Below, piece by piece: positions 56,805-64,000 of a stretch of 64,000 bases of DNA. This DNA comes from a virus. Each line of letters starts with the position of its first letter. Position 1 is the first letter of the stretch. The stretch lies in IMG/VR virus record IMGVR_UViG_650716067_000001; one strand, given 5' to 3'. Position numbers and translations under genes: made by a program. The notes beneath the pieces were generated by a model. The model saw only the letters and a program-made list of their open reading frames with translations. It searched no databases and had not been told where the DNA came from.

Positions 56805-58661
56805 ATGACACACTCAACTGATACCACATTTCTAAACATCGAAAACGCTGCCCATGGTGGCGCTTTTGGTAAGAATCCTATTCCCGAACCCACGGAAGCG
56901 CAGTGCAAGGCCGGTAACTACAAAATGGGAAGAGTCTCTTTCCAGGGTCTCTCGATAGCCATAGAGCAGCCGCGCGGCACCTATCGAAACGGTATTGATT
57001 CAAAGACCGGCAAGCGCTGGACTTCTCGCATGGCAGCGCATTATGGCTATATCAGCGGCACCAAGGGCGCAGATGGTGACGGTATTGATTGTTTTGTGGG
57101 GCCGTATCCGCAGTCTGAGATTGCATACGCTATCAATCAGTATATCGATGGCCGCTTCGATGAACACAAAATCATGCTGGCTTTCCCGGATGAAGAAACA
57201 GCGAGAAATGCTTATCTGCATAGCTATGAGCGCGGCTGGAAGGGTCTTAAAAGCATAATTCCACTATCGATTAATCAACTCAAATGGTGGCTCAAGCACG
57301 GCAATAAGAGCCAGCCTATCAAATTAGAAAATTTACCACCGGAAGGATTAGAAGCCATGACAAGAAAAGTGCATTGGGATGAAAACGCGCAGCCATATAA
57401 CGCCACTATCGATCAGGTTCTGTATGAGATACGGCAATCAGATTCGGGCGAAAACCTGCTATTGGATGCTGTTAGCATCGCTGAAATTATTGCTGATTCT
57501 GACGGTGTTCTGGCGCTTGATGCGCTGGTTACGCCTTACATCAAACTGCAACGCAAAATGGAAGTATTGCAGGGCGTTATGGAGCGTATGGGCACGGGAA
57601 TTAAACCTGTAGCTATGCAAATAACCGAGCCATTCAAGCAATTTGGCGTGGCGAATGTGGCTGTGGTTTATGAGCTATCAGACGGGCAAACCGTATCGAT
57701 CTATTTTCACAACCCTGATGCAACACCAGCAAAGCTGTCACCGAATGATGATGTTATTTCTTACAAATGGCTGTTAAACAAGAAAGATATCACGATTGTT
57801 GTGGCACCTGAGCGCGGCCAGGATCTGAATATCCGTGAAGTGGCGCGCCGCATCCTGAAACTGGCTGAAAAGAACAGCCCGGCTTTTGCTCGTGCAAATG
57901 CAAAGCGTGTGGATCGTATGCAGAACATTCAATCGTTGAAGGATGAAATTGTAGTTTTGGAGGGCGAATTGAAAAGCGCGCAGAATGAATTGGAAATTGC
58001 CAAGGTTGCTGCTGAAGATCGAAAACCAGAGGATACAAAACCGCCAATCCTTCCAGAAACCGATTTCAACGTGGACATAGCATCGTTGATCGAAGCGTTG
58101 CCGGGGCTTGATGGCTATGGCATAACCAGTCTGATTATTCGCACAAATGGCGAAATAAATGCAGTTAGCGGCCATGACATCAAGGCATCTGGCGTAACTG
58201 ATGCAGATATTCTAGCTGCTTATGGTAAGGGATTGTTGCGTGAGGCTGCGGCGGATCAATCAACGGGTGGCACAGATAACCAAACTGTAGCTGAAGAATC
58301 GCAAAACCCATCACCCCAAGAAGATGATCTGACAAAGACCGCAGAACAACCTGATGCAGGGACTGATACGGACGTTCCAACTACGTCGAATTCGACAGAA
58401 TTAAACCCTGTCGCTTCGGAAATCGAAGTCCCACCAGCTTCTGAAATAGAAGCCGAATCCGAAGATATGAAGGCGGCCAGAGAATTCCTTAAATCGGTCG
58501 TGGATGGTGACAAAGACACGGATGATCTAATAGCCTTGTTGGATAAGATCGAAGCATCTGCCAATGCGATTATTGAAGCCGGTAAGGGTGAAGAATTTGA
58601 TGCTCTTATAGGTTCCGCCGCTGAAAAATGGGCGGAACTTGACAAGCAAGCGAACGGGTAG
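56805..58661 (+). CDS. darA: DarA-like internal head protein with N-terminal inorganic-pyrophosphatase-like domain
   Basis: GNYKMGR..IAIEQPRG...YGYISGTKGADGDGIDCFVGP; DarA-N-like middle; acidic linker; helical C-terminus. Confidence 0.7.
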   Translation: MTHSTDTTFLNIENAAHGGAFGKNPIPEPTEAQCKAGNYKMGRVSFQGLSIAIEQPRGTYRNGIDSKTGKRWTSRMAAHYGYISGTKGADGDGIDCFVGPYPQSEIAYAINQYIDGRFDEHKIMLAFPDEETARNAYLHSYERGWKGLKSIIPLSINQLKWWLKHGNKSQPIKLENLPPEGLEAMTRKVHWDENAQPYNATIDQVLYEIRQSDSGENLLLDAVSIAEIIADSDGVLALDALVTPYIKLQRKMEVLQGVMERMGTGIKPVAMQITEPFKQFGVANVAVVYELSDGQTVSIYFHNPDATPAKLSPNDDVISYKWLLNKKDITIVVAPERGQDLNIREVARRILKLAEKNSPAFARANAKRVDRMQNIQSLKDEIVVLEGELKSAQNELEIAKVAAEDRKPEDTKPPILPETDFNVDIASLIEALPGLDGYGITSLIIRTNGEINAVSGHDIKASGVTDADILAAYGKGLLREAAADQSTGGTDNQTVAEESQNPSPQEDDLTKTAEQPDAGTDTDVPTTSNSTELNPVASEIEVPPASEIEAESEDMKAAREFLKSVVDGDKDTDDLIALLDKIEASANAIIEAGKGEEFDALIGSAAEKWAELDKQANG

Positions 58662-58667
58662 CCCGCC

Positions 58668-59039
58668 ATGCGTACCTTATCCAAGATTCTGCGGGCTGAT
58701 GATCAAAATAGCCAGCTTTCTTTTATGTGCCCTGGGTGCAAACAAGTTCATATCATTAAGCATGGTGATGGTTCCGGTCCAAGATGGGCATGGAACGGTG
58801 ATGTTGAAAAGCCAACATTCGCGCCGTCAATTCTAGTACGGGGCAAAACACTTACAGATAAGGGTAATCGTGATATTGAAGATTGGCGCGAAGCTGGTTG
58901 CCCAAAGGGAGATCAACCGTTCGAGTCGGTAGCAAGAGTCTGCCATTCATTCGTTACCCACGGACAGATTCAATTCCTGGCTGATTCAACCCATGAGTTG
59001 GCCGGTCAAACTGTCGATTTACCGGAGTTCACAGAATGA
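58668..59039 (+). CDS. DUF6527-like Zn-binding protein
   Basis: CPGC...H; WNGDVEKPTFAPSIL; CHSFVTHGQIQFLADSTHELAGQTVDLP. Confidence 0.75.
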   Translation: MRTLSKILRADDQNSQLSFMCPGCKQVHIIKHGDGSGPRWAWNGDVEKPTFAPSILVRGKTLTDKGNRDIEDWREAGCPKGDQPFESVARVCHSFVTHGQIQFLADSTHELAGQTVDLPEFTE

Positions 59040-60919
59040 TTGCCGGTGCAGAAAAACTCAAACTGATACGCGAGCTTGGGGTTATCCGCAAAAACCTGCC
59101 AGATGTTGCCGGGGTAAATAAACTTACTCTGGTCAAGCGCGTGCGCGAGATACGGAAATTGCTGTCAGTATCAAACATTGAGCCTGCTGTTAGCCTGCTA
59201 ATAGATCCATCTAAACCTATTGAATCAATCGATTCGCTGACCAATTACCTGCGTAATGGCCTTTCTGCGATTCATGAAGCATTGCGTGGCGCTGAAGCCG
59301 ATACCTTGATAAAAATATACAACTTACTGCCAAAAGATCGAAGTGACGAACATGCAGATGTCAGAAATGATCTTTTGGCGGCTGTTACAGAAGTTGTAGG
59401 TAGCGATAAAGATAAATGGGCGTTTGCATCATTCGATCACTTCAAATCATCTGGTAATGTGTTTGATGTTGATTCTCAGGCGATTATTTCGGTTTTAGAG
59501 TCAGTGGATGCGCTCACCAAAACCGCGCCAGAAGATACGCCGGAAATTGCTGCGCAAAGAAAAGCGGCTGATGAGGAATACGACAGACTGCAAGATGCTT
59601 TAGCAAAGTTGCTAGGAATAAATGCAGCCAATGGATACAGCAAGGAAGAGATAGACAAGGCTGCTGACGAGTATGAAGCAACCAGGGCAAAGAAAAACGA
59701 AGTGTGGGGGCAGATTAGAGGTTTAAGTGAAAAGAAATACGATGATCATAAAAAGCGCATTGCCGAATTAAAGGACAGTATTGCCCCTGTCGGTCAAAAG
59801 ATCATAGATACCCTGCTGAATAGCTCAAAAGTGACTCAGGAGCAGGCGGATTCATGGGCGAGTAGTCAAATAATCGAAAAATCGGCTATTACCCGGCTAA
59901 AGAAAATGGGATATCCAGAAGCTGATATACGCCGCGATATGTCTGAATTCTACCGCATCACTGGGGGCAAACTCAGGCAAGTTAGATTAGAGACCAATGG
60001 AAGCAAGCGCGCCAATGCGAGCGGCATAGGTCATTTCGAGGATAGCGTTATCCGTCCAGGAAGCGAATTCAATAAAAAAATATTGTGGCATGAAATGGCT
60101 CATCATCTTGAGGCTGATTCAGCGGCTAAAGCGGCATCCAATGGATATCTGCTGAAAAGAAGAAAGAGCGAGAAAGTGTATTCCCTTAAATCGTTGACTC
60201 GCAACCCAGGCTATAAAAGCAACGAGGGCGCATATGATGATAATTTTATCGATCATTACATCGGCAAGGTGTATCCAGATAAAACTACTGAAGTATGGTC
60301 TATGGGAATCCAATATCTTGCAACCCCACAGGATGCCGCGATGATGGCTGCCAAAGATCCGGAAATGGCGGCATTGATGGCTGGATATCTTCAGGCCGAT
60401 CTAACCCCTGCCATGAAAGCGCTTCAAACTATTCAGGATAGCGCTAAGGATAAAGCCCAAGAAAAACGTGATCAATTCAAAAGCGAATATGAGCAGGCAT
60501 TGGATAAGTTGTCAGCAGGTATTGAGATTGTTGATGACGGCTGGTTTGATGCGCTAGATCCTGTTGACCAAGGAAATTTACTTAGCAGCTGGGGGATGAG
60601 AGACCCAAATGCAAAATTCATTGGATCTTGGGAAAATTATCGAGTGTTCGCCGGGAAGTTTCGAGGCAAAACAAAGCGGGTTAGTAAGGGATATGCGGTT
60701 GTTTATACCAGACAGTCCGGCACATTCCTAATTCCTGGCAGTACATCAAGAGAAATTCCTTCCGCTTTTTCTGTGCATGGTGATATGCGGGAAGTGAGAG
60801 CTTTTATCAAGCTAGCACAAATGTTCGGTGATGATCCTCGCTTCGTTCGCTGGAATGTCTATGGTGATGAAGGCAGGATAATTCGGGAAGCAAATAAATT
60901 ATCGGGTGAACAATCATGA
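59036..60919 (+). CDS. Putative injected polyvalent protein with zincin HExxH metallopeptidase domain
   Basis: ILWHEMAHHLE; TEVWSMGIQ. Confidence 0.7.
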   Translation: MIAGAEKLKLIRELGVIRKNLPDVAGVNKLTLVKRVREIRKLLSVSNIEPAVSLLIDPSKPIESIDSLTNYLRNGLSAIHEALRGAEADTLIKIYNLLPKDRSDEHADVRNDLLAAVTEVVGSDKDKWAFASFDHFKSSGNVFDVDSQAIISVLESVDALTKTAPEDTPEIAAQRKAADEEYDRLQDALAKLLGINAANGYSKEEIDKAADEYEATRAKKNEVWGQIRGLSEKKYDDHKKRIAELKDSIAPVGQKIIDTLLNSSKVTQEQADSWASSQIIEKSAITRLKKMGYPEADIRRDMSEFYRITGGKLRQVRLETNGSKRANASGIGHFEDSVIRPGSEFNKKILWHEMAHHLEADSAAKAASNGYLLKRRKSEKVYSLKSLTRNPGYKSNEGAYDDNFIDHYIGKVYPDKTTEVWSMGIQYLATPQDAAMMAAKDPEMAALMAGYLQADLTPAMKALQTIQDSAKDKAQEKRDQFKSEYEQALDKLSAGIEIVDDGWFDALDPVDQGNLLSSWGMRDPNAKFIGSWENYRVFAGKFRGKTKRVSKGYAVVYTRQSGTFLIPGSTSREIPSAFSVHGDMREVRAFIKLAQMFGDDPRFVRWNVYGDEGRIIREANKLSGEQS

Positions 60920-62373
60920 TGAATAGCGTTTATAAAGTTTTTACGCCTGCCGGTCAATTCGATGCGATCTTCGCTGAAGATGAGGATATTCCACTCGAAT
61001 ACAGTGGTGATGAACCGGCTATTAGTTTTTTTAAAGACTGGTTATTCATCAATCAGGTAAGCGGCGAACACGGCCACTTGCTGGATAGCGAAAACCTTAC
61101 ACCCAGAGATCTATACGGATTCTGCCAGCCACGCGGTGGCGTAATTGAAGTGATGCCGCCATTCGAGGATCTACTGGCATACATCCAGGAAGATGCCGCG
61201 AACCAAGCTGAAGATAACTTTGAACAACTACAGGAAGAAAATACTATGCATACCCTCATTACCAATGATTCTGCAATCCTTGACGATGTGGTGAAAATTA
61301 TTGGTGATGCAACACTAGATGGCATATCCGGTATTGAAAAAATAAAGCTGATTAAGGAGGCCGGAAGCATCCGCGCAAATCTGCAAACCGTTCAATCCGG
61401 AATCGAGAAGCATAAGATGGTTAAACGTATCAAGGAAATTCGTGATGCTTTGGGTGTTGGTGATGGATTAGGCAAAGACGGACTTGACGCTGATGGAATG
61501 TGGCCAATGACCAGAGCGGAGTATGACAAGATTCACAGCGACTACAAGGGAGCCTTCCCGGATGGCACGCCTACAGCGCTCAAACTGATTAACGGCGGAA
61601 CTTCTATTGTGCCCGTGCGAATCACTGATGAGCAGCCGAAAGCTCAAGAGCCAGAGGTAAAGCCGCAAGTCACCATAGAAGATGTTAACAAAGTCATGCC
61701 GCTGTTAAAACAGTTCATCGGCAAGGCTCAGTTATCTGCAATCGGAATGGGTATTCGTGGCGAGGAAGGTCAATTTTTCAAGGATAAGTTGATCGAGATT
61801 GCCAACGTAATCCAAACCATGCCAAAAACATACGGTCAGGATGGTATGGGCGATAAGGCGATTGCCTATCTGCACTATTTCAAAGGCGCAGGCGACTGGC
61901 ATATTACCGAAAAGGATATGGAAGATGAGCAATTGCAGGCGTTCGGGCTTGCAAATATTGGTTACGGCGGCGAACTTGGTTATATCAGCATTCAGGAATT
62001 GATTGATGCCGGTGTTGAGCTTGATTTGTATTGGACTCCCAAAACTATTGGGGAGATTAAGGGTGGAAGTAGTGAGGATGAAAACCAGGGCACTGAAACT
62101 GGTGGTGATGAAACCGGTGGTGAATCAACAGAAATCCCGCAATCCACCGAAGAGCCTCAGACTATAACGCCAGCTGATACCATAAAAGCCGGATTCGTGG
62201 CCGAACTTGAAGCCCTAAAATCCGAAACCGATATCAACCGATTCAACGAACGACTTGATGAAATTGCGGCGAGGATCGAGCAAGCCGGTTTGATGGAATC
62301 GCTTGATAAAGAATTGAATGATGCGGCGGATGTGCTAACGCGCCTGCTATACGAGGCTGAGAAAGGCGTTTAA
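60916..62373 (+). CDS. Putative injected polyvalent protein with DUF2958-like domain
   Basis: YLHYF...WHITE...AFGLANIGYGGELGYISIQEL...ELDLYWTPKTIGEI; acidic linker; helical C-terminus. Confidence 0.65.
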   Translation: MMNSVYKVFTPAGQFDAIFAEDEDIPLEYSGDEPAISFFKDWLFINQVSGEHGHLLDSENLTPRDLYGFCQPRGGVIEVMPPFEDLLAYIQEDAANQAEDNFEQLQEENTMHTLITNDSAILDDVVKIIGDATLDGISGIEKIKLIKEAGSIRANLQTVQSGIEKHKMVKRIKEIRDALGVGDGLGKDGLDADGMWPMTRAEYDKIHSDYKGAFPDGTPTALKLINGGTSIVPVRITDEQPKAQEPEVKPQVTIEDVNKVMPLLKQFIGKAQLSAIGMGIRGEEGQFFKDKLIEIANVIQTMPKTYGQDGMGDKAIAYLHYFKGAGDWHITEKDMEDEQLQAFGLANIGYGGELGYISIQELIDAGVELDLYWTPKTIGEIKGGSSEDENQGTETGGDETGGESTEIPQSTEEPQTITPADTIKAGFVAELEALKSETDINRFNERLDEIAARIEQAGLMESLDKELNDAADVLTRLLYEAEKGV

Positions 62374-62404
62374 ATTGTGACTGGCATAGACATCACACAA
62401 AATC

Positions 62405-63115
62405 TTAAGCGGGGCTTGGCTTTAGCGTACATGCTTCTACTAAGCTTCTCCCCAAGACAGCTGGATAAATGTGGCCAAATAATTGGCCTCCTCCCCATGT
62501 GGTTGGTAGTGAGATGCAACCTAAGCGTGCGAGGTTTGCTAAGGCAAGTATAACTTCTGCATTTGGTGGTATAGGTTGCGCTCTATTATCTTCATCATGG
62601 ATTACTATTTCAGATGGTAAATTTGTTGTTATAAGTAACTTATTACTAATGTCGCCCTCTGGTAGTGCATAGATAACCGATAATATCTTTGCTTCTAAAT
62701 TGGAGAGCCTCTCCAAGATGTCAATGTGTGTGCGATTAAGATCAATAGGACCGTTCTCAATAGTGGAATTAACAAGCAATTTTGCCCATAAATCCTGCAA
62801 ATAATCGTCATCTTCAAGCGAAGCAGCCTCAAATAAAGGAATGGCAAGTTTTAAAGGTATTGGTTTAATTGGAGTATCAATGCCGATACTATTCATAAGG
62901 GTTCTTGTTTTCTGTATAAAACTCACCTGCCTTTCCAAACGCATATATTTTAATTTGTCCTCATATATTCCAATGGCTTGTTCTAATGGACCAGATATGA
63001 AACGCGAAATGAAGCCACCCACTTCCTTACTTGCTTCGATAGCTTGCCCGGTTGTTTTTGCTACTTCTTGAACTGCTTTAGCAGTTTCTTTCACAGCTTC
63101 AATTTCTTCTGTCAT
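62405..63115 (-). CDS. Abi-alpha / DUF4393-like protein
   Basis: IPLKLAIPLFEAASLEDDDYLQDLWAKLLVNS...IDILERLSNLEAKIL. Confidence 0.7.
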   Translation of the reverse strand: MTEEIEAVKETAKAVQEVAKTTGQAIEASKEVGGFISRFISGPLEQAIGIYEDKLKYMRLERQVSFIQKTRTLMNSIGIDTPIKPIPLKLAIPLFEAASLEDDDYLQDLWAKLLVNSTIENGPIDLNRTHIDILERLSNLEAKILSVIYALPEGDISNKLLITTNLPSEIVIHDEDNRAQPIPPNAEVILALANLARLGCISLPTTWGGGQLFGHIYPAVLGRSLVEACTLKPSPA

Positions 63116-63208
63116 ATTTATATCCTGAGATCCAATAAGTAATCCTTACCATATTCAGCGAAGGTGCATGCTTAGCGATATGTAATAGATTGCTGATGTT
63201 GCAATTTT

Positions 63209-63598
63209 CTAACCATGTAACGCCAATTTAGCAATAAATCCTGAGCGAGATTCCCCAGCCTCTTTCGCCGCCGCATCGATACGACGAAGTACGCGCGATG
63301 GAAGCGTGATATTTATGCGCTCAACCTTATCCGATAATTCGGCCAGATCAATTGTGACGACTGCCCAGACCCAGCCTTTGTATTCAGGATTGGCTTGATG
63401 CTCACTGATGCTTTTAGGGTGAGGCACAGAGCCGCCATCATCAATTACGGTTTCTAACCACAATTCAATTGCTTCTTTTGCTTTATCGATTGCTTCATCA
63501 ATCGTATCGCCCGCAGAAAAACAGCCTGGAAGATCAGGAACGACCACGCCGAAAGCGTGCTTGTCATCACCAGGTTCAATTGCTATTGGATATCTCAT
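63209..63598 (-). CDS. hicB: HicB antitoxin
   Basis: YPIAIE...FGVVVPDLPGCFSAGDTIDEA; C-terminal RHH RINITLP. Confidence 0.93.
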   Translation of the reverse strand: MRYPIAIEPGDDKHAFGVVVPDLPGCFSAGDTIDEAIDKAKEAIELWLETVIDDGGSVPHPKSISEHQANPEYKGWVWAVVTIDLAELSDKVERINITLPSRVLRRIDAAAKEAGESRSGFIAKLALHG

Positions 63599-63608
63599 GT
63601 AATTCCTC

Positions 63609-63791
63609 TTATTTAAGCCCCGCTTGTTTTAACAACTTGTTTGAGAGACCAATGCCAAGGTCTTTTTTAGGATGCGGAACGCTGATATGACCGCTTTTCT
63701 CAGGATGAGTATAAACGTGGTGCGATCCCTTGGTTCCCCGTAGTGACCATCCATCCTTTTCAAGTTGTTTGATAATTTCTTTGCTGTTCAT
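63609..63791 (-). CDS. hicA: HicA toxin
   Basis: MNSKEIIKQLEKDGW...KGSHHVYTHP...VPHPKKDL. Confidence 0.93.
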   Translation of the reverse strand: MNSKEIIKQLEKDGWSLRGTKGSHHVYTHPEKSGHISVPHPKKDLGIGLSNKLLKQAGLK

Positions 63792-63846
63792 GTTGTGTAT
63801 TGTACACACCATTTTAAAAAGATCAATAGTGTGTTCAGTTATCCAC

Positions 63847-63887
63847 CGGAAAACCAAGCAAATTGAGGGCTGTAGCGTCTCTATGAT
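63847..63887 (+). promoter_or_regulatory. Late promoter motif CGGAAAA-N28-TATGAT for a gene continuing beyond the window
   Basis: Direct count. Confidence 0.7.
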
Positions 63888-64000
63888 GATGGTCATAAAT
63901 TGCCATCATCAGGACGTTAACAATGATTTCTTTCGCAGAAAAAAGAAAAATACAAAGCACAATATTAGAACAAAACAAGATTCTTTCCAGCAATCCATCG

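Noticed and set aside
1-64000. Integrase, att sites, IS transposase, rRNA, parAB, DarB or invertible tail-fibre cassette
   Set aside because: No ORF with these motifs in the window; some may lie outside it

Overview
The whole window is the interior of a large temperate tailed phage or prophage; no integrase, att site or host gene is visible. The host is probably a betaproteobacterium, likely Nitrosomonas-like, inferred from the SSB and the PEP-CTERM gene. Layout: (1) 1-11900, leftward early operon with small genes, ssb, a Rad50/SbcC-like ATPase, rdgC, a RecT-like annealing protein and a PD-(D/E)XK exonuclease. (2) 11946-14752, lambda-style immunity switch with near-duplicate OL/OR operator-promoters, a short repressor and cro; a PEP-CTERM surface protein and a J-domain protein occupy the rex position. 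(3) 14794-23385, rightward early operon with cII-like gene, O/P-type replication with iterons, DNA methyltransferase, antirepressor, tRNA-like RNA structures and an HTH regulator. (4) 23392-26396, P1 PacB-like terminase, an acyl carrier protein and a truncated dUTPase. (5) about 26390-30900, inverted Mu-like phage remnant carrying a DUF5131/TcmP gene pair. (6) 32340-62373, P1-like contractile-tail virion module, lysis genes and a Dar-like operon of putative injected proteins. (7) 62405-63791, Abi-alpha-like gene and hicAB. Eight late-gene starts share a 41-bp motif, CG(G/T)AAAA-N28-YANNNT, which I read as a phage-specific late promoter. All family assignments come from motif recognition by eye, not database searches.
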